Below are positions 45,100 to 59,192 of a DNA stretch of 64,000 nt, piece by piece; the first letter of the stretch is position 1, and every line of letters starts with the position of its first letter. The stretch comes from Amphiscolops sp. MND2022. Its lineage: Eukaryota. The notes below the pieces were generated by a model that saw only the letters and a list, made by a program, of their open reading frames with translations, made no database searches and was not told the origin of the DNA. Where the stretch lies: contig OZ076409.1 of the NCBI GenBank assembly GCA_964187785.1, positions 92,258,001-92,322,000 of the forward strand. Reading direction: 5' to 3'. The translations under genes were made by a program, and so were the position numbers.

Positions 45100-45780
45100 C
45101 AAATCATCATCACGTCATGTTTCTAGGCTCAGAAGTTAAAAATAAATCATTACATCATGTCACTAGAAAGTTTACAAAAAGCCATGTGGTAGCTGCAGAA
45201 TAACGCGTAATTTTATGCAGATTATGCTGATTGTTGTCGTAATTCCGCATATACTGTCTTATGAAAACCGCAATTGCAGTATATTATACATAATATACTA
45301 GCGCCACGCCACATATGTTCATCACGCTGTTTTCACTTTCAATCATCATGCTGTTTTTCTGAAATTTCCGCATAAAACATATAATACGTCATAATATGTG
45401 AGCGCCAGTGTGAATGATCGTTATGCAGATTTCGATTAAAATGATCATGCTGTTTTTGAACAAAATGATCATGCTGTTCCTGAGTGAAACCATCATGCTG
45501 TTTCAGATTAGGATCATCATACTGTTTTTGTAGGATTTCCGCATACTGTGACGTGAAGTGTACGCATGACCACACGTGTAGATGTTATGCTGTTTTTCTA
45601 TTAAAACAGCATATGCTCTTTTATGCAAACCGCATAATGCAGTATAAATTTCACGCACAATGTGTGTGGTTTTATTATGCTGCTTTCTAAGTGTATCATC
45701 ATACTGTTTCTAAGTGTTTTCCGCATAAATGCGGCATATATATTCTGGTAATACGAGGGAATACAAATGCATTATATATG
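45100..45780. repeat. Degenerate tandem ATCATGCTGTTT / CCGCATA repeats (likely DNA-transposon derived)
   Basis: Repeated atcatgctgttt units at about 21-bp pitch around 45340-45545. Confidence 0.55.
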
Positions 45781-46499
45781 GCCTAATATCGCTACTTTGT
45801 GGAATAATACAGGAATTGGGTTCATTTCAAACAACAGATAAGTTGCTCTTTTGTTGTCTTTAATCGATGACCACTGAAAACACTGATCCAATTACATGTA
45901 GTCTTCCGAAGGCCTATATTAGTCACTGCTTGGGTGACGATGTTCTTACCACATACCACAAGTCGGTCCGCTTAATTCTTTGAAGTTTTGGAAATGGTTT
46001 TAAGACATAACAAACCTTCAATTGTCTTGGCTTGCAAACAACTTCGTCGGACAACAAGGATACTTTGTACGTCAAAAAATCTTTTTCTGCATGCTGTTGG
46101 AGTAAACGCCGAAAAATTTTTTTTTGAAATTTCATTGGGAGTAGGGTTGGTAAGGCTCCAGTACCGGTACGTACGGTACCAGTACATGTATCGGTACAGT
46201 ACCGTTACCGAAAAAACCGGTATGTGTACCAGTGTTGTTACCGCATGTAATAATTATTGCGTCGTCATTTATGTAAACATCAACTTTTACGTTGACTGAT
46301 TTCCCAATGGGACATAGGCCTAGTAATACTTCATACATACTTCTGAATGAAAAAAATCGAAAGCTTGTATTCATTCATACCAACTACACAATGCTTGATC
46401 CAAAAGACGATAATGATTACTTGAGTGATGTTTTTGTTTCTGACCTTGAATAATACTTTGTGAAACAATGACTGTTTTGTGCTATTTTTAAACATACTC

Positions 46500-47035
46500 T
46501 AAGTAAAAACTCTTGAAATTCTTGCCATGATCTTGCATATTCTTGCATGATCCCGTTTACTCTTGAAACTCTTGATAAGATCTTGTTTGTTCTTGCTTCA
46601 CACAAACCGCTTGAATTTCTTGATAGTATTCTTGGTAAGAGTCTTATCAAGAATGTCAAGAGAATGAATAAGTTGTAAAACAAACATCATTTTTGTTTTT
46701 AAGTATTTTGCTGTTGTTCGCACTACCAGCTACACTATCATTCTTCGAAGTATTGAATATAGGACAAAACAAAGTAGTGAATTTCAGAACGTGATAGCTT
46801 GGTTGGTAGCGCGAAAAGCTGCGGCAGAATAGGTAACCTGATCAAGCTGCAGTTGGCGTCAGTTTTTGTTTGTTTTCATTCACTTTTGTCAGTACATCTC
46901 TTGAATTTCTTGGCACGATCTTGCAAGATCTTGCAAATTCGTGGATCTCTTGGTAAGAATCCTGGCAAGATTTATACCAAGAAATTTAGGAATATCCAAG
47001 ATTCTTATCAAGAGTTGGAAGAGTTTTTACACTGG
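46500..47035. repeat. Two related palindromic TCTTG/CAAGA MITE-like repeats
   Basis: 46500-46670 and 46890-47035 both run from tcttg-rich into caaga-rich halves. Confidence 0.5.
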
Positions 47036-49512
47036 CTATTTACCGGTACATGTATTCAAAATTGCGTCTGTCTTGATTTGAAAGTTTTACCTGAGGACAA
47101 TTTATTCTGCGTGATGTGTAATTTTTTAACGTAACGCAGACATTCAGTTTTTTTCCGACCATTTTATTTTTTTTGAATCTCTGTAGCTAGTCTTACATAT
47201 TTCAGCAGTCATGTGAGATGGATCTTGTTGACAATAAGCGATCGTTTAATAGGTAATCGTTCGCTGATACTTTCAAAAGAAATAAATGCAGTATTTCATT
47301 CAACTGTTTTCAGTCAGCGCTTTTGTCGAAAGAGCACTTTATAGTAGTGACGTTTTTAAGACCAACGAACTGACAGGTTTTTCATTTTTTTAAATAGGCT
47401 CATGGTAACTTGTATCTTCTACCTGCCAATTGGCATAGAAGTTAACTTGGATTTTTCGAGGTGCAAGAAGCAGGAATACTTGGGTTCGCGTCTCGAATAA
47501 AACGTTTTTAAATTGTGTCTCGTATTAAATTTTTTATGCCTGCAAAAGTAGAGGGCAAACCAAAGTCTCGCCCCTTTGGGATTTTTTTTGGCACTATGTG
47601 ACTTTTTAGAGAGTTTTTTTCAACCGAAGTATTTAAATTATAGCAATACGAAGCGTTTTGGCAGCATTGAGGTCCACCGTAGCTTTTCTTCGGCGTAATG
47701 CAATTTACAGAAGAATTGAAAAACTATGAACAAAATGTCAGAAAATCTCGGAGTTGGTTTATTCAATTTGGGTTTTTTAGGTTTTCTGTGAGGAAAAGTT
47801 ATCGATCCTAAGGGTAACCTCTTTGATCATTTGTTGGTCCAGTGGGCAATTTTCTCAAAAATTATGGCAACGACTCACAGTTTTTTCGGCACTGTGAGAC
47901 TTTTTTCGAAAAATTTTATATTGTCAAATGGTAATTCGTTCACTTTATAAATGTTTTTGATCTGGAAGAAGTGTTCGGCACTATGAGATTTTTTCCGGAG
48001 AAAAAATTTCAAAATTTTCTATAAAAGTTCCGGTTATCGGTGTTTGGAGTTGAGAAGAAGCGTTCACTAATCTCATGGCGTGCCCCTCTGGATATTTTCT
48101 AGCACTGTAAATTTGATAACAATCGTTATAGTGTCTCTGCATATAGTGTTTTGCATATTTAGAAAACTCGCTTTTTGTCACCTTTGAGCGGGGCGCCGAT
48201 TTGGGCCGTTTCCGGCTTGTTGTCCTTTATGCTAGTATGAAAATCAAAAATCACAGCTTTGAAATTTTTCAGTAAATTTTTTTGGTTTACCTTTTTGAGA
48301 ACTCTGAGAACTACACTAAGATAACAAACCTATATAGAAATTGATAGGAAACTTTGATTTTTTCAGAAACTTTTTCTTGTTCTAGAAATTTTACTGAGCC
48401 TTTGTAAATTGGGACTTCACCCAGAAACTCCTATGTGGAGATGATAGATAGTTTTTGAATTTTGAAAAAAAGTTTTGCAGCTGCAGAAAAGTTACTGATC
48501 AACTTTTATGTCTGATTGAAAAAAAATGGAATAATGAAGTTTTTGAATTTCTTCGATTATACACCCATCTCTAACTTATTAAAATATTAAAATAGATCAA
48601 GAAACCCAGCACGTGAAGTGTGACGATACGTTTAACCCGTTGTCCAAATATTGTGCCCATCCTAATATTTCAGATGTTTCACAGTCTCTGAAACAAAAAA
48701 GGGTACGTCCATAAAAACGTTTCGTGGATAAATCTACGCACATACGTAAAAGTCGAGGCATGTTAAAGTGAATCCGGATCGTGCAGGAGGTGAATTCATT
48801 GGAAAATGCTAATTCTACCAAGTCTCGAAAATCGCGATCATTCGGCCGAAAAAGGTTATTTTTTTGTTGCTACATTTTTAAAGAGAAATCTCCAAATTGG
48901 AAATTTGCAAACCGAAACATTATTTGAGTATCAGACAAGACCATGGCATTATCTTCATGAAAGTTGACATACGTTTGGATTGCTATCAGAGTTTTGACAG
49001 CGCTTAAAAGCGAATGAGCGGCCGAGCAGAAATTTTTCAGCGATTCGAATTAGCGTCAACTAATAGATTGTCCGAGATCAAATTTTCTCGGAAAACACAA
49101 GGAGTTTAAAAACGAATTCCAAAAAAAGTCCACCTCTTCACCTGTAAAACCTGCAGAGCAAAAAATTCTGGTTTTTCAAAATTCGAATAAAACATCGTTT
49201 ATATTTAAACCATTATTGAATTCAAACATTTAACAGTTCAAAGGAAAATTTTCCAGGAAAATTCAACTTAGCGGCACCTAATAGATTGTCCAAAATCAAA
49301 ATTTCCACTTACCGAAATTTTCCAACTTCTGTAAAACCTACACAGTATAAAAATTCTAGTTCTTCTCTTGCAAAAGTTGAATCAAGTTATCTTCTATATT
49401 TAAGCCATTTTTAAAATAGCTGTTCAGCGATTAGCGAAAAACAATGGCGATATCAAAACTCTGATTGCTATGTTCCCCTTACTTTTTCGACACAATCAAA
49501 GAACTTACTTGC

Positions 49513-52500
49513 TCAAACGCCTAGGATTTGCACCTCGCAAGCAATCAGGTGACTGACAGTTGTGACCAGGTGGACTCGGTTCCCCACAATCCCCTCATCA
49601 TCGTCACAGATGAGTGTGTTCCACAAGCCCCTCGGAGCTTGCACTGTAATACCACATCTCTCGTAGCTGTCCTTGTCATCTCCGTCACACACGTCGACTA
49701 CTACGCCCCCAGTCCACTCGGCTGAAACGACAAGTCCAAGTGATTAATGAGCACTCTAAAATGACACAACAGTTTAAAGTGTAGAAGTGCACCGGGCAGG
49801 TCAAAATTGAGCTGGATACCGACCGGACTGCGGACATTATCCTCAACTGTGAGCGATAAACGACTGTTTTCAGAATTAGGCAAGTAGTATGACAAAAAGC
49901 AGACGTTTTAAACGTTTGCTTCAAAATGTCGAAAATTTTTCACTGTTGCCGAGAAATGAATGTTCGAAAGTGGCGATAAACACATGGGTGTCAAATTCCC
50001 TGTTTTAATCTGAGATATGCGATCGTTTGCTTAGATATTTGCCCAGCCGGTTACTGGACCGGACATTTTTCAAAATCCGGACGAATACCGGACCGAACTT
50101 GATGCCTGGTACACCTCTACTAAAGTCGATGCCCCGCTTTGAGATCAGCGGTGGATTCGAACCCTCTAGGCCAAGCAAGCAGCGTGAACAAAATGTCGAA
50201 AAAGAGAACCAATCAGGTACTTTGTCATTAGATGGGGAACAATAATTCGCTGTGATAGTTGGGTATATTTATTACATATTGCGTCGACTAAAAATGATAA
50301 ATGGAAAATGTCACGCGGCAAAGAAAGGTCGGTCAACTACTTCCGTGTATACGAATTGCAATTTGGTTTTTATTGAAAGCGGAATCGCACAGCATGTAGT
50401 GTTTTAAATTTTTGCATGTCTTGACAATAAATAATTTGGAAAACGCGTTGTTTCAAGAAAGAGAGATGAAGCTTCACAAAAAAGTTTCCATCTCAACAGT
50501 GATGGCATTTCGTTCATAATTTGTGGGAATTTAAATTATTAATTCAATTTAAAATAGCCATAACTACAATAATTTAAGCTAATAGGAATTTAAAAAATGA
50601 CACAATTTGAGTGTCAATTAATTGGTTTTCCGTTCAAATTTGAGGCGTGTTTGCACACTTGCATTACGGCGCTTGATTTCAAGTAAATTCCTCAAACTTA
50701 GTGAAGTGGTAAAGAGAATACAGGGTAGGATTTTTTCTGTTAATCCCCCCCCACCAATTTAATTCCCCCCCCCCAGTTAAGCGGTCAAGTGAAATTATCA
50801 CTGAATTAATAGTAACAACCAATCAAATTGCAGTATTTTATAACTCTACCTGCAACTGAAACACATCGCTGATAGTGGTGGGGAATTAAAATTTATGCTC
50901 TTACTGTGGGGGGGGGGGGTTTGGTAATTAACAGAAAAGATCCTACAGCGTATTCTACCATCACCGGCAGTTTTCCAAGGCGTCTTTTATGTCGTCCGAC
51001 AGATAAAAAGACGGCTCAAAATGAATACCTTAGAGGGTCTTCTAATTCTTTCCGGCACTGATGTATACTTTCATGATAATTTAAAATATCGCAGTCATTT
51101 TTTCGTAATTTAAATTATGTGAAAACATTTATATTAATATAAACGGACATCACTGCCATCTCAAGTTGTACACCTTGGCTACCAGGGAATGAATGTTTGT
51201 ACTTACTACAGCATGTAAGGTCATTTCTGTTCAAAATTCGGAGTCCCTTGACCGTTGACCTCTTGATGAAGTAATCGGTCTGTACCAGCTAGAGTTTCAG
51301 TCATGTAGCAATGGGCGTAGTTGGTGTTATACGACAAGTCGTAAGATTGGCCTATGGTAGTCACAGGGTGCCCATGCCACGCTGTCACCCCTTGTCCGCT
51401 GAGTATTGGGAGCACTTTATGTGGCGGCTCAACTAAACATCATACTCATGATGAAGTTTCAAAAACGAACATGCCTCATGTCTGAAGACAGTTGTTTGAA
51501 ATTCACCTTCTGTGTGCGATTTTGCTACGAAATAGCTTTTCCATTGCTACGCTAGGGTACCAAAATGCTGACGACAATCGATTTGGCTAACGGAAATTTT
51601 CAAACAGCCTAATGTTTTACTATATCCATTTTACAAGAAAGATCCAGGAGCAGAATTAATTCAAATTTTTATAAACAATACAAGGGTATTTTTGTTCTAA
51701 ACTCGTGTCAAAACCTAAAGTTTATATCACATCGTATTTTGAGGATCTTTTCAATTTCTGAAATTTATTACGAATTATGTAACTACCCAGGTTTTCGATC
51801 TTTTCGAATCTGTGCAGATCTGCAGGATTTTTTCTGCAGGGTTCTGCAAAGATCGTTGCACTGAATCTTGAAGATCCATACAGATCTGCAAGATCTTTAC
51901 AGAAGTGTGCAGATTTTCTTTAAAGATTTTTGCAGAAATATGTTTATCGACAGCTTCTAAGGAACCAAAATACTGCATTTTGGACTTCTTCAACTACTTT
52001 TTCGAGTATTTTAGCTGAGCTAGGGTCAGTCAGTTGAAACTCTCCATCACTCAAAATTCACCATCATTCATCATTTTGACTGATGAAATTTGACATGTGG
52101 CAACGTTCTGAGTTGGTAGATGTGTTGATAAAGTGCTGTTGTTGTAAAATTTCCGCAACATAGTTTTTTGAGTATTATTAGTAATTGCTGTTAACTTGGA
52201 ATGCGTTATACTAATTTATTGGTAATTGTTTGGCTCTGTAAAGATCTGTACAGATCTGTAATCTATACAGATCTGTACAGATTGCTACAGAAAAATGTTT
52301 CATCATTTTGACATAAATGAGACTTCTATCCCGTTTTAAACATTTTTATTATTCGATTGATGTCGCTGTGGGTTTTTATTGTGTTTCTGAGTATGTCAGT
52401 TTTTTTGAATCTGCACATATCTGCAAAGATCTCCAAAAATCTTGCAGATCTCCACAGACCTGGGTACTGACACTGAAATCCGGCATTTCAATTGCGGTCA

Positions 52501-55500
52501 CTGAAATGCCGCATGCTGAAATACCAGAGGTCGGAATACCAGAGGTGTCAAAACAACATGGTCAAAGCTCCACATTGCCAATTTACCAGAGGTCAAAAAG
52601 CCAGAAGATTAGAGAACCAAATATTGTACTACGTGAAGAGTGATTACTATTTCTTTCTAATACCGTAAAAGACTTAATTTAAATAATTTAGAGCTAGATT
52701 ATTCATTTCTAATTATTTACGTATTCCAATTATTGTCTAAGATTTGGTTAAGGGAAGTTAGCTATTATCCCTTTTCTCACATTAGTTATCAAATAATTGT
52801 AGCGACACTTCCAATTCTGAAAGCAGTGAAATCATTCTTACCGAACATCATAGGTAACTTTGCTCAATTGTCTAATTCTCATACCAATGGGTTTATTTCA
52901 CTCATTGTTATTTAGATCTGGTATTTTCTCCCTGTAGCATTTTGACTATATGGTATTTTGTTTCCTGGTATTGTGTCCCCTGGTATTTTGCCTTTCAGTA
53001 TTTTGACATGTGACTCCAGTCTGACTCACTTTGTCCCACGACGTACAACTCGCATATCTGCAGACGTGAGACAGTAGTGACAAATTTGATTTTGTTGCCC
53101 AGAACTCCAACATTTCCCGCGCACTCGAGATAAGTCCATTGTCCTTTTCCAACGTGAGGTGTCACTCCACATCGCTCACAACCAGTGTCATCAATGCACA
53201 CATCCACAAGAATGCCCTCAGACCATTCGCCTGGAAAGAAATTAGCAAGCTCTTCATTTTACTCTTCATTATACAGGGTCTTTCAAAATTGGTGTCAACT
53301 TTAATTTCAAATATCTCAATACCTATTATTCAGAACGTTACGATTTTGAAACCGATTTTCAATAAAATATAGAACTTTTGTTTTTGATGCATCAAACGTT
53401 TATTCATCTACACTAGGTGCTGGAAATGACCTCCAATGACCTTTACGCAGGTGAAATTGCTTCCTGATATTGAATAAGTTGGTTCATGACCTGAAAGAGG
53501 ACGTGTGAAGAAAGGCACTTTCCACTTAACAACAAAATTGAAAAAAGCGACACAAAAAACACCAATCAAGAGGTCCTATGTTTCTCTATGAAACCAAAAA
53601 ACCATTCGTGTTAAATATGATCACTTCTCACGATTCGAAGATTGTTTTGACACATAACTTCTGAAAGACCCTGTAGAATAGATACAGTAGCCGTCTAAAA
53701 TATCGCAACTCCCTTGCTTAGAATGGCGAATTTCAAATCATATTAATATCTTACAATAGTTAGAATTAGTAAATTCTGACAAATTTTAATCAATTTGACA
53801 CTTTCTCAATCTTTCAAAATTTTTAGCCAATGTATGCCCCAAATCTCTTGAGTTCGCTTGTACAATTTGATTGTAAACATTTCGGCTTCAAATAAAAAAA
53901 ATCAATATTCCAAATGCAACTCTTATAGCCAACTGAATACATGTATTGTAGTGGTCATAGATACAAAATAGTGTATTCTTCTTATTTCAAACAAATTTAT
54001 GACTGTAGGTGGTTCATAATCTTAAGGCCTAGGCCTTCGACGATTGACTCTTCACTGTTCGATTTCTCTTGATTTTTTGATAGAAAGATTGCATATTTGT
54101 TCGTGCAATTTTCGATTTGAAACCTCTCTCGAACAAAAAATGGCAAGTTTGTTGCCCTGAGAAAGAGGTCTGTCTGCCAGGCGGACGCACTACCAAGTGG
54201 GCCACGGTGAATAAACTGTCCACATATTAAATGCAGAAATAAAGTGGAGATTTGTCAGAACTTGGAAAAAAACGCTACACAGACGGTGGCTTTCCTCCTC
54301 CTACACAATAAATTGGTGGGGGCGGAAAATAACAAGTTTGGTGTACTGTCTATTACGGATTCATAGGAAATTGAACAAGGCGTTTATTTGATACGAATAC
54401 CAAAATTTTACTGACTGTCAGTGTTTGATTTTTTTTTGCAATCATCTCGATATCCGATGATGTATTGGTTGATTGACATATTTGAAGTTTAAATTAGCCT
54501 TGTAACCCGATGAGAACTTACCGAATACCAGATTTTTCTACCGGATATTAACCAGATACCGAATTGTTTTGAATACAACTTTTTCAATCTTTTTTCGCTT
54601 CAATGTGAATTTTCTTTCTTGGAATGAAGATGTTTTTTAAAATACCTTTTCAATTGATCAACGGATAGACGTATTGGCAAAAATTGGAATTTTTTGATGC
54701 TGTGGAGAATCATAAAGCGCCGTGCAATCAGCCGGAAATGAAAGAAAAAGAAACGGGTCAATCATTTTGTTAATTATTCAAGGACTCTGTTGACTAAAAA
54801 CGTTGAAAAAAAACGTTATCAACACTTACCCGGTTTCAAGTAAGGTATTAGGCATTTTTCTAACCGGATATTTGATAAATTACCGGATACCGATACAACT
54901 GTAGGACTAATTTTTCCCAAAGTTTTTTAAAAGAACATTGGAAAAAGCTTCCCAATTTTGAACAGACTCTAACTTGTGGAGCCTGTTTTTGAAGACTTGG
55001 GGATAAATACCGGCTCATAAACGAGTAAACAAAAGAATTACTCGTTTTCTCACCACCTTTCAGTACGAAATGCTCTCAACTTACAGCAATCGTCTCTGTT
55101 CAAAATTTGGATTGCTCGTACTCTAGAGAACTCGATGTCGTAAGTGGCATATGCCCCAGCTTGCATGTTAGAAATGTAGCAATCGGAATAAGTTGTGCTG
55201 TTTAATTTGTCCCATGAGTTCCCAATGACAGTGACCGGATGATCGGTGAACGCGACATCCCCCGAGGCTCCTTTGATTTCGATTGATTTCAATGGAGTAA
55301 CGGCTGAAACATGCGAACAAAAATTTGAACTCAATAATTTTCCAATTTTTCTTTCTTTTCAAAAAGAACTAAATTAATCAGTTTTGAAGGACGAAAATCA
55401 ATTTGAAGGATCAGAGTTCGCATGTTTAAAACATACTCTGTTTTGAACGCGTTTTAAACATGTTTTGAAAAATGTTTTAAAAATGACAAAAACCTCCATT

Positions 55501-56526
55501 TTGTTAATTTGTTTTCATTTCAAGTTTGATATAAGCACTCCAGTTCCAACCACTGGTCGAAAGAGAGATGCAGTTTGGATGAATTTGATCTGTCCGAAGA
55601 TACAAAGGAAGGAAATGTAAAACTTGTCACTGGGAGAACGTCCCATTTGTGGCACAAATGAAAGAATACTTTTTGAAAAGCAATTGCTCCGACAATGACA
55701 ACGTTTAGCAGCCTTCCTTCTGCGAGCAAGCAAATGTCGTAGGGGTCTTTCGTTGTTTCAATTACTTCAGCTGAGAAAAAACTATTTGACAAATCAATTG
55801 AGAATTTTTATGGTTCAAACATACCATTCCGCGCAGCAGATTCCTAAGAATTCAAAAGCATGGTCAACAATCGTTGTCCGGGTTACGAACAATTAAACTC
55901 CAACACAACTTGCTTTCTATCTTCGCTTACTGCAGTAAACTTTTTAGATCGCTTAGTGTTAGCAGTTTTTATATGATTTTTCTATAGTTTTGAAAATGTT
56001 TTGGACAAGAAAGTTTAAAGTTGAAATAGTTTTAAACACTGTTGTTTCAAAATCTTGTTTTTGTTTCGAACCCTGTGAATGATTATTGCGATTGATGATA
56101 GTTTTGAAAATCTGCTGCCTAATAAAAAAATACAGGGGGTGGTAATTGCCTAGCAATCTGATACATCGAATGTTGTAGTTGAAAGGAACGATTGTTATAA
56201 TGTGGTAAGTATGATTTTTGATGGGCTGATAGGTCTGAAAACTATTGGTTCGCGATATGGACTAGCTTACTTTCATGAAAACCGTGTTCAACGGTGATCA
56301 TGTTGAAAATACAAGAATTAAAACTTACGTTCACCAAATATTTCGATTTCGCAGAAAGACAAATGGCTGAATTTGGACCTCACAAGCACCCTGTTGCCCA
56401 CGATTCCATCACCCGCACATTCCAGATAAGTCCAGTCTGCTGGTCCAGCTGCTTTGGTTTGCCCACAGAAGGTGCAGCCCACTCCGTCAGTACAAATATC
56501 GACATTCACCATGCCAATCCAATCAA
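49513..56526 (-). CDS. Host gene with tandem F-type lectin (fucolectin/F5-8C-like) domains; 5' exons not resolved; one frameshift
   Basis: Exons 56526-56329, 55303-55085, 53230-53030, 51432-51207, 49721-49513 (stop), all phase-1 GT-AG. Motifs 'IQILNRDDCC', 'LRILNRNDLTCC' and 'C.G..GN.V.....L..CE..I.G' (three times). Confidence 0.8.
50718..50954. mobile_element. Small MITE in intron
   Basis: Imperfect inverted termini ATACAGGGTAGGATTTTTTCTGTTAAT / ATTAACAGAAAAGATCCTACAGCGTAT. Confidence 0.6.
51786..52464. mobile_element. MITE with CCCAGG termini, TA flanks and AGATCT-rich subterminal repeats
   Basis: TA|CCCAGGT ... ACCTGGG|TA, with many cagatctg repeats at both ends. Confidence 0.65.
53274..53673. 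mobile_element. Tc1/mariner-type MITE
   Basis: TIR CAGGGTCTTTCA(A/G)AA with TA duplicated on both sides. Confidence 0.8.
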
Positions 56527-59192
56527 CTGGAATTTGAGCATTACTGTCAGTGTGAACCAGTGTCGCTTTTCATTTCTAGAGGAATCTTTTTTTTTACAGT
56601 TTAAGGTTGAATAACATTCTTAGAACCATATAAAGGGTCTCCCCGGTTGAAAAAAGACGGGACCGTCTTCAGTCAGCACCCCCACTCAAGACTGGGAAGC
56701 TCAAAGTTCTTCAAATTTGCTAAAAACCAAGGAAACAAATCGAAAAAGCCACAAAGCCAAAGACGACGCCTTAAGCTCTCACATATTAAGTGCCAACTCG
56801 TGAAATATTCACCGATTACATTCTGGGTTTTAGTTGTTTTTCGGCCGCATCTCTTGTTTATCGCTTACACCTCGAATGGATACATTCCTAGGTATGCTTG
56901 GTTTTCCTTTTAACGAACAAACAGGTTTCAAGTAAAGAATTTTCCCTCAATGATTTTCATCAAGTGTGGGTTTCGATAACTATTTGAACTTTTTAAATCT
57001 GTGCTTTCACGATGGAACATGATTCCCTGCAATCAGCTATTAAGTTTTTCAATATTTTTCTGCATTCTAACAAACTTTTACCAAAATGTTTCTTTTACTT
57101 TTATCTTGAATGGCAGTTTTTATACCACTGCCCAGTTGCATTGGAATTGAAAGTATCATAACCGCTGGATCAATCGGTGGCATCAACCTCCCTAAAAAGC
57201 AAAGTTAAAAGATGGCACTCTGATCGTTTTTTAACGCTTGGCATGACAAGTAACAGCTTCGTGAGCCAAAATAGTTTGAGAAATGGCATTAAAAGGCATT
57301 TGGGGATGTTGATTTTCTTACTTTTCTAGGATTAATTGTCAAATTTTATAATCAGCAAGGCAAGGACTTGGTAACTTTTGTTTTTAAAACAAGTTCACTC
57401 AGAACAGTGTGTCCCTTCGGAACCAAATCATTTGAAAAAACGTCCCGAGCTTGAAATTTCTCAAGAATATGGGTTTTTACTCGCTAAATCATTCGGAAGA
57501 GAAAAACCGCTTTTTCCCTAACTTGAACCACTAGAAAACCCCAGATTCCTGAAGAGTTTTTTCGCAAAATTTCTCCCAAAAAAGTGCCGAAAAAATTTAT
57601 ATGGAGTCCCTTTAGGTTCGCAAAACGCTCTTTACAAACCAAAAACATTTAAAAAGTAAAATGCATGCCCTTTGATGGAATGAAAAAGTTTTTGTTTCGA
57701 AAGTCACAGTGTGCCGAGATAAAAACCGGAAAGGTGGGCCCTGGTCTCGTTTACTTCAAAAACTCGCCATCCCGGGGTTTAAACCGCGAACTGCGGCTCT
57801 CCAGCCACATTCCCGCCCTAACCACTAGGCCAAGTGGCGGAAGCAAGTCAGCAAAATACAAGTTATAGAATTTTGAAAATGTCAGTTCACTGGTTTAAAA
57901 AAAGTTATTAGAATAGTGCGTTTTCTACGAAAAGAGTCGACGATTAATGAAATGACAAAATGAAACACAATTTGAGTAGATCTGGATTGGGAAAAGCAGT
58001 CTGACTCTGACTGCAAAATATATTTAAAAGTCGGAATAGTCATCTTAATCAAGCCACTTTTCATAATTAGGCAAGTCTGCGACTGCTTGAAGGCTCAAAA
58101 CGCGCAACGTTTTTGAAAAGATGTTTCCATGAAAGGTTTGTAAAATCGCAACCTGCCAGAAAGATTACAAGGTACGACCCTACGAACGTAAAAAAGGCTG
58201 TTCAAATGGAAATATTCAAAAAAACTTGAAAAGAATCATAGTTGAGAACTATTTGTTCCTTGTAGTTGCGTAGAAGAAGTAATATCATTTAGCGTAAAAT
58301 AATATGAAATATAAGCCGAAGTTTGAAAAAGTCTAGAAACAACCAGATACGCTTTATTCAAATCTCATTTTTATATTCGATACATTTGTTAATGTTATAT
58401 GTATTACATGAGAATTTGAAATTAGTTTGACTCAAGCTAAAAACAAACTAAAACTCCGGGATTGGCAAGATTCGAACCTTGACAGGACGCAAGAAAGCCG
58501 GAAAAAGAAATGATTTGATGTTATAATCGGATTATATTACTATGTAAATACGTTTTTCCGAAAGCCCTATTCCTAGTTCGATAGAAGCACAAAAAACATT
58601 TGACCTGGATGCTTGGATGCTGGATGCTTCCTCGGCTAACCAATATGCCATCAAGCATTTCATCTTGGGTAATTTAGTAAAACAGTAATAACGTAATACC
58701 TCTAGGAAGTCGCTATTACAGTGACGACAGATGGAGAAAAAAATTCGCCATTCTCAGCCATACTGAGCCAAATAAGAAATGACACTGTAAGAGTCTTGCA
58801 ATTTTTTCGAAAGGCGCAGACTAAAAAAACAAAAGCGAGTGTAAAATTGTGTAGAAACCAGTGAAAAGTAAAAAAAAATGATTTTCTTTCAGTTTTCCGT
58901 TTTTAGAATTGCTTTCGGTTGAACAAAATGCGTCTCCAGTTGGGGAAAAAGTGGTTTTCTAGTCTTAACGTGTCCCTTCGGGTATCGTTGGCACTGTAAA
59001 ATTGATGAAATTGTAACAATTGTGTCTTTTCGCATATTCAAAAAACTTTACGTTTTTGAACTTTGAATGGGGCGCCGACTTTGCGATCCCGGCTTCTTTT
59101 TCATTATACGGATTCGATGTTTTCGGTACTTTTTGATACTTTTCCGGTGAATACCACTTCATTACAGTGCCAAAAGTGGGTTAACACACTTT

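Noticed and set aside
57000..57192. Possible upstream exon of the lectin gene ('YDTFNSNATGQWYKNCHSR', minus strand)
   Set aside because: Contains in-frame stops and no clear NRxD motif or donor site; not supportable.
57770..57840. tRNA-like fragments (also near 50150, 54170, 58460)
   Set aside because: Only partial A/B-box-like similarity and no full cloverleaf; probably decayed SINE-like pieces.
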